Below, one piece after another: positions 1 through 10,520 of a stretch of DNA of 64,000 nucleotides. This DNA comes from Marsupella aquatica (lineage: Eukaryota; Plantae; Marchantiophyta). The translations under genes and the position numbers were made by a program. The DNA is taken from assembly GCA_973895155.1 (NCBI GenBank), contig OZ316891.1, positions 2,865,801 through 2,929,800 on the forward strand, in the 5' to 3' direction. Within the stretch, counting starts at the first letter, position 1. Each line of letters begins with the position of its first letter. A model generated the notes under the pieces. That model searched no databases, was not told the origin of the DNA, and worked only from the letters and a program-made list of their open reading frames with translations.

Positions 1-819
1 GCCGTCTCCTCATGAGACAAGGTTACATTGGCTTTATCACAGACTACATTGCCCTCCAAAACGTATAGATTATTATGTCTCTTTCCCTTCAATACAACTT
101 TAGTACCAGTTGAAACCTGAAGGACACCATTAGTAGAACTCCACTGATGGCCATTTGCTTCTAAAACTCCAAGTGAAATGAGATTTTCCATCATGCTGAG
201 AATATGTCTCACATTCCTCAACGTTCTTACAGCACCATCAAACATCTAAAATCTTACAGATCCAAGTCCAACAACTTGACATGGGATTCCATTTCCCATC
301 AACACTGACCCGTTGGAAACCATGTAAGAACTGAAAAAATCTCTCCTAGAGCAAATGTGAAAAGTACATGCACTATCTAGAATCTAGTCATCACTACCTG
401 GATTTGACACTACGTTGAGAGCATAACCTTGGCATCACAATATGTCATCATCATCGAGTAAATCTACCTCATGCGAGCTTGATGCTGCATTTGCTGATGC
501 AATAGGGTTTTTTACTCGACAATCCCTTTTCATGTGGCTAGGCTTGCCACAATTCCAACATGCAAGAGGCTTCCTTTCTTGCAATTTTGCTCTAGATTTA
601 GATGTCCTCCGTGATGTAGATCTAAACCTGTTCTGCCCATTTGAGCGCTGCACTGCTCTCCCACGGTTCACGTTCAGCGTAGTGCCAGAAGAAGATGCTG
701 TCTGTGATTGACCCAACTTCTTCTGAGCATTATCAAACAATAAAGAGCTCACCACCTCATTATACAAATGGACTTCAGATTTCTGTATAAGAGCACCTGT
801 TTCAAGCCCTGGTATGACG
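1..819 (-). pseudogene. Copia gag C-terminus (CCHC knuckle), aspartic protease and following linker
   Basis: CWNCGKPSHMKRDC knuckle; protease motif reads *ILDSACTFHIC (expected W is TAG); then VLMGNGIPCQVVGLGSV...LRNVRHI...NLISLGVLE...GKRHNNLYVLEG; stops and frameshifts. Confidence 0.9.
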
Positions 820-948
820 GCGATGTCATAATTTTCTCTTAAGTTATAAAAAATTGTTTGTTTTAATATGCTATAGATTATATAAGTAATTTAGTAGTTA
901 GATTATTAAGTTTAGATTTTATTAAAACTCTTTAGCTATATTAACGGA

Positions 949-1180
949 CTATAGTAGTTCCACCAATGCATATGAGTAGTTCCACCAACTACAATAATAT
1001 TTACCAACGCATAGTAGTTCTACCAACGCACAGTAGGTCCACCAGCGCATAGTAGTTCTACCAACTACAGTAGTTTTACCAACGCACAGTAGTTCTACCG
1101 ACGCACAGTAGGTCCACCAACGTATAGTAGTTCCACCAACGCATGATAGTTCCACCTACTAAAAGTAGTTTCACCAACTA
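949..1180 (+). repeat. Degenerate ~21-bp tandem repeat (tagtagttccaccaacgca-like) within the solo LTR
   Basis: About 10 imperfect copies visible; explains the spurious repetitive ORF 949-1155. Confidence 0.85.
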
Positions 1181-1417
1181 TGAACAATACTAGCACACTC
1201 TTAGGTATTAGATGTTTGACACTTGGCCTTCATCCAAGTGCTTGGGCTTGATCCATGCCCTCTTGGTGTGCACTATAAATAAAGTGGTGAGGGGCACTCT
1301 CCCCTCATTCCGCAGTGTTTATCATTCAAGATTGGGAAGCTCTTTTGTGCCTTGAACATAGTAGTGGGGCGTCCTTTGGCCCGGATAGCAAAGGAATGAG
1401 TGGTAGACTTATAGATG

Positions 1418-1435
1418 CACTAGTAGAAACCGGGG
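1418..1435 (+). repeat. CACTA left TIR
   Basis: CACTAGTAGAAACCGGGG, the reverse complement of 32476-32493. Confidence 0.97.
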
Positions 1436-1623
1436 CAATTTAGACCATACCTTATAGGACTAAGCCCACTAAGTCCTTTTTCCATACTTGAAACGACTCG
1501 CACCCATTGCACCGGTTTTGTTGAAGACTACAAAAGACTATTAGTGTTTTATGGTTCACTAAAAGACTATGAGAAGTAACCTTGCTACTTTGTGAACGGT
1601 GAATAGTCTAGCACATCATGGGT

Positions 1624-2369
1624 AATGTTCACTTATGTTGAGGAGGGGTAATTCTGTAAAGAGGGAGATAGCAAGGGGCATAACTCAATAAATGGCCTTA
1701 TTTGTGACAAAAAAGGTTTTGGAGTGAGGTTCATGGAGGGTGGACTACGGAGGGATCGATTACTAACTCCATCAATAAAAGGCCGAGATGCACAAAGGTA
1801 GATTTGTACCGGTCTCAAGGGGGTGTGGGTTTAGGGTTAGGGGGTTGTCCAGGCGAAGAACACTCGATTGAAATAGTGACGCAATGGTTTAGGGTAAAGG
1901 AACATGTTTAGGGACCCTAACTTGTTTGCTGCCTTGGGAGGATCTTGAGAGCCTGAGCTTGCAAGCGGCATGCACTCTAAAAATGGCCCTTGGCATTGCA
2001 AAGATAGTCTGGCCACAGTCGAGTTGTGAAGACGTTTAGGGGGTTTATATGTCAAGGCTAGGGGGTGGCTGGGTTGTCACTAAAGGGGGTTTAGGGGGGT
2101 TTGATGTCAAGGGTCGGGGGTTGCATGTTAAGGGGATGGGGGTTTAGGAACCATTGGATCGTTGGCATCATGTCCATTGACATCATGTTCCCCATCATGT
2201 CCATTGACATCATATATGTCGGGAAAGATAATTGACAAATTATTCATGAGGGTAGGCAATTTGGACAATGTTCACTTGTGTTCAGGAGGGGTAATTGCAT
2301 AAATTAAGAGGGTGATGACAAGGGGCATCACTCATTAAATGGCCTTATTTGTGACCAAAAGAGGTTTGG
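1624..2369 (+). repeat. ~100-bp imperfect direct repeat (1624-1722 and 2267-2369) in the CACTA 5' region
   Basis: aatgttcactt.tgtt.aggaggggtaatt...caaggggcat.actca.taaatggccttatttgtgac present twice. Confidence 0.8.
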
Positions 2370-5300
2370 TTTAATGAAGTTCGATCACCACAGATATTTG
2401 CTAAGGCCAAAGTATTTGTTTAGCGACACTACACTAAGTTGTCACTCACAACACTTGAGTGAATGGAGGGGGTTTATGGAGGGTCAGGATAATCTTGCCG
2501 TTACCATGTCGGCAACACCAGTGACTTTGGTAAGGGTATCCCAAGCTAGGGGCCTGTACCGCTTGCAGTACCGTTTGGACACCCGAGTCGCGCGACCGTT
2601 GGAAGGGAACAAGCCGGTTATGCAACTTTGCTTACACTTAGCAGGTTGTTGATGTGTTTAGGGATCCCGCCACATTCCCAACTTGCGGAGCAAGGTTTAT
2701 TGTGTTCTCTTGGTGGGATCGGGAGTTTAGGGATTGGAGCAAGGTTTTATCGTGTTCTCTCGATGGGATTGGGAGCTTAGGGATCGGAGCAAGGTTTTCC
2801 GTGTAATCTTGGTGGGAACGTCTCTACAGTGAGGTTTAGTGTTCCCATTTTCTTGTGGTCGGCTCTGTGGAATCCGAGAAGAGGGATCGGGAGTTTAGGG
2901 ATGCTGCAATGACCGGCTCTCGAAGGGTGAGGTGAGACAACCTATTCAACGCCCTTTTGCTGCACCCTTAAGCTGTTGAGCTGCCATTGAGCTGGTGAAG
3001 CTGCATGCGGGTTGCATCTGTTCTACGGGCGCACTATCTGCCTGGTTTATGGATTGTGGACTTTGTGGGGAGCGACAATCGGTAACAACGTGAAGGCCAT
3101 CAGAGGCTGGGCAAAGCAGTTTAGGGTGCTGTGGTCGAGGAGGAGCTCACCACAAATTGGGGAGAAGACGCGGGTGACGAGCTGGGGGCGGGGAGGAGCT
3201 GCAGTCAGGGAGGATACAGACCGTCTACAGAACGACTGGCAGTCAGAGCGGCGCAGGAGCTTAGAGTGGGCCAACGCCAGCTGAATACAAGCCAGGAGTT
3301 GCATAAGGTGAGAGTCCAAGTTTTGTGTTGCTTTAGTGTTCGAGCAGCGTGCTGCCATTTCAGCCACAGTGCACCGCCTTTGAAGCTCCCATTGTCAGGG
3401 CTGGTAAGACATCACGGCTACATTGCTTTTCTTTGTTGTCCTCTGTCTTTTTGTGGGGACAACCTACTTGATTTGAGCTGCGCAAATCGTCATAAGTTAA
3501 GGCATGCGTCATGCCATCTGGATAGTGTGCCACCGAACTGTGGGAGGATGAGCAACGCGTGGCTGTAAGCAGGTATTCTGTCAGCACAGGCGAGACTTCA
3601 TTGTTAAAATCCTATTGCCTGCAATGTGTCTTGTAATGTGTTTTTCCTCATTCAATCAGGAGCTGAGAAGGGTATTGTTAGGCTTCAATTACTCTGTGTT
3701 TTTCTCCAGCTCCATGGTATAGTTTGTGCTTTGTCTGGCGCCCATGCTCCGTCGATCGTAGAGCTAGGTCAACCGAGCTTTGAAGAGGGAGGCTGTGGGA
3801 GCTCCTTACTGTGCTGCAGCTGCTCTTCAATCAACGGTGTAGAGATTGTAGCTACGATCAGTGTTTGCGGAGCTGCCAGCCGGGTGCTTCGATAGTAGAG
3901 AAGAGCAGCCACAGTGATTCAGTCCTTCTCCTACGTGCAACCAAGGACCCCCTGTGCATCGTAAAGTGTGACCTCGGAGCTGAGCTGCGCACTGTCTCTA
4001 TTACATGCCTTGTTGTTCTCTATTACATGCCTTGTTCTCCCGTCCACTATTTCCTGTGATTTTCTTTCTTCTAGAAGAGAATGGTGATTTCTTCTTCAAT
4101 CAAACAAAACCCCACCCAACCACCACCCAAGAACGTGGGGTGCGCGCTTCTCAATCCTCCTCAAACTGGCCCCAAGTCTGCTGAAACCCCATATATTACC
4201 CACCGGCACCAAGGGTCCAGTCCCAACCCGTCTTCCGCTTGCCACCCTCCTCACTCTCTCGCGCATCTATCTCCCGATATTTCACGCGCAGCCGAGCCCA
4301 CCAAAAGCTCTCTCCCTACAATCCCTCCTAAATCAACTTTCTCGTTTCCTGTTGCTGCTGATGTATGTTTGTTCTCCCCTATTTTTGTTTACTGATTGGT
4401 CTCTCCACACTTCCTGCTTGACATTACTGTTTTGCTCCTCCTGGATCCAAACATGCCTTGTGCCCCGTGCTCCAACCTGCATCCTTTTCTTTACTGAGGG
4501 GGGGACCACAGCCTCCAGCCATACCTTGTGGCAGGCCTGGTCAAGACGGTGGTCGGTAGCTCGTTTTTGCTTTTTTCTCTTTTGTTTCCCAAGCTTCTGG
4601 GCGAGGGCATTACCATTCTGGATTCTCCGCGAGGCGCCACTAGCTTTTTTTCTCGGTTGCCCGTGTGCCTGCCTTCTTAGTTTTGTTTTTTCCTCAAGTG
4701 ACCGGGCCATCGCTGTATGCAGATTTTTCTTGTTGTATTCATGTACAATATTTTATTGTTCTATCTAGGTTGTGGCAAGCCAACAAACTGTTGACAACCA
4801 ACATGGAATAACAACTATGCAGTGCAATGGCAGAGGACACTGTCCAATACAGGAATGACATGGTTATGTTTTCAATTCCCTGCTTGGATGAGGCGTGGTG
4901 TTGCTTGTAATCATGTATTTCTTCACACTAGAAAAGCAGTCTGTCGGATGAGGTTGTCGGGATTGTCTGTGGGTCAGTCATCTTACGGACACCTAGCAAC
5001 GTCAAATGAATGGCGGAAACGGGCCATGTTGTCATTTTGAAATTTGTCTTTCCTTTTGCCATGCTACCCAATCATTTTGTTAGTCCATGAGTCATAGATT
5101 CATAGATTCTATGTTTTGTGCTTTGTCTAGAATGCTATGGCGCCCATGCTACAATTTGTGGTTTTTGTCTAAGCACAAATCCTCTCTGTGCCTGGTCTCT
5201 GTGTACCGTCATTTGGATTGATTGTGCAGACGTTTCCTCTTCTCCCAGTCCTTGTCATCCACCAGCCAAAGCACATTGGATTGTTTTCAAAGGAGGGCTG

Positions 5301-6237
5301 TGTAGTTCGGAGGGTTTGATCTATGCAGCGGATTTGAGTAGATTGGCGGTTGTTAGTTTCTTCTTGTAAAACCTGTCTGTCTTTTCTGCTTTTGGCCATG
5401 CTCCTTCACTTGTTGCTGCAAGCTCAATGTGCTTCAGCTATGGCAATATTCACTTACCCTGTCCCAACGGCACTGCCATGAGCTATAGGACAGCCAACAG
5501 AAGCAGATTGTATCAATTGCATGTAAGTCAGGGTATTTTATGTATTGCGGAACAACTATCCAAGTATGCTGCAATGGTCCATCTTGCGGAGCTGAATGAG
5601 CCAATTTCATTTTCCCTGTGCACTTCTATTTCTCAGAGAATTCCCTGGTCATGCTCATTTCCCCCAGAGTTAGAAAACAAAGAAGAAGAGCTGACTAATT
5701 GTAATTCCAATCCATATCCTGATCGGTCAAGGATTGTTCACTACATTGGCCTTGTCATTGGCCGAGGTCACCAAATTTTGCTTGGTTTCAAAAAAAACAT
5801 TTAAATAATTTTTTTTACTGCTGTGATGGATTTGTCGTAGCATTCTGCAAACTCTCACGGTTTGCTTATGGCCATTATTTGCAATTTGCTGCTACTAATA
5901 TGTCTTCTTTTGAGCAGCATACACCAGAAGTAAGCAATAGTGGAGGTTTAACTGCACATCAACACATCTAGTGAACTACCTCTCTGCTGCTCACTGGAGG
6001 GTGAGACTTTCACTCTTTCTGGATATTGTAGTTTGTAAGCAAGTTGATTAGGAGTGTTTCATGCTATGTTTACATTGTGACCCCTAGCTGGAACCAATGG
6101 AATGACACAGTGAGTGGGAACTGATAATTTAAGGTTGGTTGCTGTTGGTGAGGCAAGTACAGCTCCTGCTCACCTTGCTGATCGAAGGTGCTTATCAGAG
6201 GACGTGAACACACGACATCTCCACAAAAGCAACACTT

Positions 6238-6687
6238 ATGGTGAGGACCCGCAACGCTGAACATGTGCGGCTTGCACGCAAGGCAGAGATGTTGCGCCTT
6301 GAGTATGTCAGACTTGGGATCCTTCCAGCCCAGTCTGCATGGTACTTTGAGTACACAGTTGTTGCCAGGAACAACTACAGCCGGCCTGTACCTGCTTCTC
6401 CACCCTTCCCAACATCCTTGGTATTTCTGTCTCTTGTACATGACCCGCCACAAATTAGGGCCCAAGGGTGTGTGCACAGTTGCCAATATGACTGTCCTGC
6501 CTGTAGGGCTTCTGGCCTAGAGTTGGATGACCGTTCTCTTGGATGTTGGTTTTTTCACAGAGCACAATGTATCATCTGGAACCACTCGCCATCCTGCAGT
6601 GTGCCTGGCAATGTCACTTGTCCTGCCCTCCCAGACCCCACCACCGGTCACTTTGGTGTCTACACATGTTTGGATCACACGCTCTAG
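6238..6687 (+). CDS. Hypothetical Cys/His-rich (zinc-finger-like) cargo protein, 149 aa
   Basis: ATG start MVRTR; CxxxCxxxCxxC...WFFHRAQC...YTCLDH pattern. A competing minus-strand frame (6070-6702) has an internal stop. Confidence 0.35.
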   Translation: MVRTRNAEHVRLARKAEMLRLEYVRLGILPAQSAWYFEYTVVARNNYSRPVPASPPFPTSLVFLSLVHDPPQIRAQGCVHSCQYDCPACRASGLELDDRSLGCWFFHRAQCIIWNHSPSCSVPGNVTCPALPDPTTGHFGVYTCLDHTL

Positions 6688-7356
6688 AGGACCACTTGTC
6701 ACACCACATGCACAAACCAGAGACCATTGACCTATAACTTAACACTTTGACTTGAACAGAGAGGATATTTACTTAAGATTTTGAATTATGACCAATTTTG
6801 GGTCCAGGGTTTAGGGTCAACAGTACATAACTTATCCTATTATGGCTGCACTAAGTACAATATCCTAATTTAAGAGGCTAGCACGCTCACTTAAAAGTCT
6901 CCTTTCAAAGACTGGAATTAATGGGCCATGTGATAACCTGGAAAAAGTGATTTATGCCTAACTTATTTGTCTCATTCACTATCATAGCCTATTTAGGATG
7001 TATAAATTACAACCCTGATCACACTGCTTGATACCAATCCTGTTCAAAAAATGCCTGTTTTACATGTCACGACTGTTATATGTGATTCAAATGCATTAAA
7101 TCTTGTTGCAGATCTCCTTTGGTGAATCATAGCCACAAAATTGAGGTGTAGGTGGAGCTATTGTACGAGGGGATCAGTTTTTAGTGTGGGCTCAACAAAC
7201 CAAAAAGTATGTCTACTCTGCACATGTGTGTGAACATTTCATTGCAGTAGCAATTGCCACTCTAGTCTATATGCTACACTGTACTTTTTGTACACTGCAC
7301 TAAATTGTATTGTCCGTGCACTCTGCTAAATTGTACTATCTGTCTCATGCGTAGGC

Positions 7357-8037
7357 ATGGCACGCCCTAAAATCCGAGCCAAGAAGCGGGGGACAGAGGT
7401 GAGCAACACAGGTGTAGTTGGGCCAGATGGTAGTAACTTCTCCGCAAGTCAGATTTTCCAGAAGGCAGCTCATTGTTGTGCCATTTGTGACGATGGTGGT
7501 GGCTTAGCCATATGTGAGGGCCCTTGCATGAGGCATTTCCACCTCAACCCGGAGTCTGACCTTGCTGCAGAAAACAACTGTCCAGGGGTGGGCCTCCCGT
7601 CAGCACACCAGGGAGGCTGGATGTGCACTGATTGTTTGGAGAAGCGGGCTAAGTGTGCACAGTGTGGGAAGTTGGGGTCTTATGAGGGCTCTGTTGATGC
7701 TCCACCACTTGTTAGGAAATGCCCTGACAGATATTGTGTGAGGTTCTTTTGTTTTTCATGTTTGCCCGATCTTGCCACAGCTTGCCCACTTCATAAGTGC
7801 AAGGCATGTGGTCAGCACGATGAAGATTTCTGGGTGGACATAGTCCACTGTGTTAGGTGTCCCACCATGTGGCACTTTCATTGTTTGAAGGAGCGTCAAG
7901 CAGAAGGCTATGCTTGTGACAGACACATCTATGATCACTCTGCACATGGTGTTGATCGATGGATCTTCTATTGTCATCGCCATGCCATAGATCCTACTTT
8001 GCACACTCCCATGAGAGATCACATTTCTTGGCTTTGA
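7357..8037 (+). CDS. Stand-alone EDM2/NSD-type composite PHD-finger protein (CACTA cargo), 226 aa, intact
   Basis: CAICDDGG..ICEGPCMRHFH, CTDC...CAQCGKLGS, CPLHKCKAC, CVRCPTMWHFHCL and IFYCHRHAIDPTLHTPMRDHI follow the EDM2 PHD region as recalled (CAICDNGG..CCEGSCLRSFH...CPLHKCSVC...CRRCPKSYHRKCL...IYCQEHEIDEELLTPVRDHV). Confidence 0.85.
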   Translation: MARPKIRAKKRGTEVSNTGVVGPDGSNFSASQIFQKAAHCCAICDDGGGLAICEGPCMRHFHLNPESDLAAENNCPGVGLPSAHQGGWMCTDCLEKRAKCAQCGKLGSYEGSVDAPPLVRKCPDRYCVRFFCFSCLPDLATACPLHKCKACGQHDEDFWVDIVHCVRCPTMWHFHCLKERQAEGYACDRHIYDHSAHGVDRWIFYCHRHAIDPTLHTPMRDHISWL

Positions 8038-8635
8038 ACCTGAATAATATACATGCATAGTGCACCTGATGTGGATACCTTGGAGATTGCAGACATTCCA
8101 ATTTTGAGAAGAAGGACCTCTGTAGGAGAGGATGCTTAGGCAACAAGTACCCTAAGTTCATTACTTGTTCCTGGGTACATGCCTTCAAAAACTGCCCTTA
8201 AGCCTTCTAGGAACTTTTTTAACTCTGCAATCATTTTGATCACGACTTACATGACACTGCTTAAATTAAATCAGGACTTCTCATTATGAGCATATAAGTT
8301 ACAAGGCTATTTAATTTGCGAGAATTCCCTTAAAGTGTACCAACATTTTGTATTCTCATTGAATGTCTGCCCATTTACAACATCTGTATGTGGCATCACA
8401 AAACAATTGCACTTGTCACCTTCAATATTGTGAAGGCACATATTCAAACTATGAGGTGCATGCTTGCAGGTGTCTAGTACGTTTGTCCCAATATTTCTCC
8501 CGTTTGGAATCGGAGCAGAGACTCACCAGACGACTGGACTGGACCAAGTTATAAATGCAGCATTTTAAGGGCCCTCCGATTATCAGGTGAACGCATTATC
8601 TTCCGGTCTGCAGTGATTAGGTGGCCCGTGTGTAC

Positions 8636-9484
8636 ATGGCCTCTAGGAAACGTACAAAGGTTGACCACCCGCCTCTGTTGGCTGGAATCAAAGCCATTTT
8701 GATTCCTGGCCACTATGGGTTCACCCAAGTGAGTTGGCCAATCGTACAAAAACGATTCTCAGAGTTCCATGGGACTGAAGTCAAGGACATCACTCCACAG
8801 ACTACACATGTTGTTGCGGGGACATGGCTGGATGTGATGAACAAGTGGTCATGGTCCTTCATTGATTCTGCCATTACCAACTAAGGTCTAAAAGTAGTTG
8901 AAGTCTCTTGGCTGACCGATTCTGTTAAACATAGGTGTGTACAGAGTACTGAGCAATATGAGTTGTGGGAGAGTGAGGAGGCCACTGCAGAGGCTTTGGC
9001 TGAAAAGGAAGCCTATGAAGCAGCGGCAGAGAAACCCAACTTTGCTTCTGTCCAATATGGACCTGTTGTCAACATAGGACACCATCCTATGCGTGCAGAT
9101 GCTATATTGAATGAGCATGGCAAGGAGAGAAATACCATTATGAAGGGGTTCAGTGTGGTATTTGCAGAAGAAGGAATTGGGGAGACTAAGTGCAGACTGT
9201 ACAAGTCTATAGTTGTTGAGCTAGGTGGGACAGTGGAGGAGAGTCTAACAGAAACCTCCACTCATGTTGTAGGTCTGTCATACATGAAAATATGCAGAAA
9301 ATTCTTTAAGACAACAGTGCGTGATTTTGTCATGAACAACAATCTTTGGGTGCTTTCCCCTGATTGGCTTCTAGAATCAGCAGCTAGAGGGAAGCGACAG
9401 AATGCTTGGGACTTTGATATTTTTGAGGCCTGGCCCTCCAAGATTCAGCGGAGATGTATGCTTAGCAAAGGTGGGAGAGAGTGA
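8636..9484 (+). pseudogene. Tandem BRCT-domain cargo gene with one in-frame TAA (8882-8884)
   Basis: Repeat 1 has TTHVV...KVVEVSWLTDSV; repeat 2 has LGGTVEESLTETSTHVV...VLSPDWLLES. ORFs 8621-8884 and 8963-9484 are the same frame. Confidence 0.75.
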
Positions 9485-9660
9485 GGAGTAGGAGTCCCTC
9501 ATATTTTTGTATAAAACACAATTTTGTAATAAATGTGATCCTTGAACTAACTCATCTTGTCATGGTTGGTCGCAGTTGAAGTGATTGTTGTTTCCTGCTG
9601 TGTGGGGTGTGACTGTGAATCTACTTGCTAGGCTCTGTTTGGCTGAAGACTTTGGTGGGT

Positions 9661-10194
9661 ATGCTGCCTCTTCCAGACCGTCAGGCCCTATGTAGGGTCC
9701 TCCTACGGGTTGCATCGTGCATGGCTACTGCTTGGGCTTACTTGTGTGGATTGGTAACCAGACAGAGTGTAGCTCCATCCGAGATAATGCCTGCAGACCT
9801 TGGATGTGTTGTGAATGCTGTGGTGAATGAGGATGCACAGTCGGAAGAGGACATTTACTTTTCAGCAGATGAGTTAGACAAGCACAATGCTGTAGGTGGT
9901 TCCTTGTTGCCTGATTTGGCAGATGATATAGTTCTTACACATGTCTGGCCGAGGGTTCTTGTGGTGTCTGGCGCACAAGATATCTGCAAATATAGACTAA
10001 TTAGTACCCAGTGGAGGGACTTGGTAGCAACATGTGCACCATGGAGGGCACTGCTGCCACTGCTTGTAGGCACGGATCGAAGACCACCATGGCATGAGCA
10101 GGGTTTAGACCTTGATGACTTAATGTACATGCCTGAGTACCTTAGGGCTGAGTGGCATCGACAACAGGATTGGTATCCGTATTTGATGTGGTAG
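9661..10194 (+). CDS. F-box-like cargo protein
   Basis: LLPDLADDIVLTHVWPRV...KYRLISTQWRDLV fits the F-box pattern; start codon uncertain. Confidence 0.55.
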   Translation: MLPLPDRQALCRVLLRVASCMATAWAYLCGLVTRQSVAPSEIMPADLGCVVNAVVNEDAQSEEDIYFSADELDKHNAVGGSLLPDLADDIVLTHVWPRVLVVSGAQDICKYRLISTQWRDLVATCAPWRALLPLLVGTDRRPPWHEQGLDLDDLMYMPEYLRAEWHRQQDWYPYLMW

Positions 10195-10520
10195 TAAGAT
10201 GAGGACATCTCACACCGGTCTCGCACCTGGCACCTGTGTCTATGACTATACATGATTGGACTCTGATATGGTCATGGATGTACGTGCAGAGGCAGTACAT
10301 GTGAGGACAGCGGAGGAGTTGACACCCTCAAACATTTAGGAATTTTGTCTCATTCCCTTGAGAATAGGTACATGACTCAGGCACCTATATTTTTTGTTTT
10401 TTTGTTTTTTTGGAACGTTACGTATTTTGGCAAGTACAGTCGGGGGTGAAATCCTTAACAGGAAGTGTATTTTTCACTTGCATAATAAAATGACAGGGTG
10501 CTGAGTGCGTGTGTATAGTG

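Noticed and set aside
949-1180. CRISPR-like array or repetitive ORF
   Set aside because: Degenerate tandem units without unique spacers, inside a plant LTR.
3012-5804. Several 75-145-aa ORFs in the CACTA 5' region
   Set aside because: No recognisable domain or consistent frame; possibly decayed cargo but unsupported.
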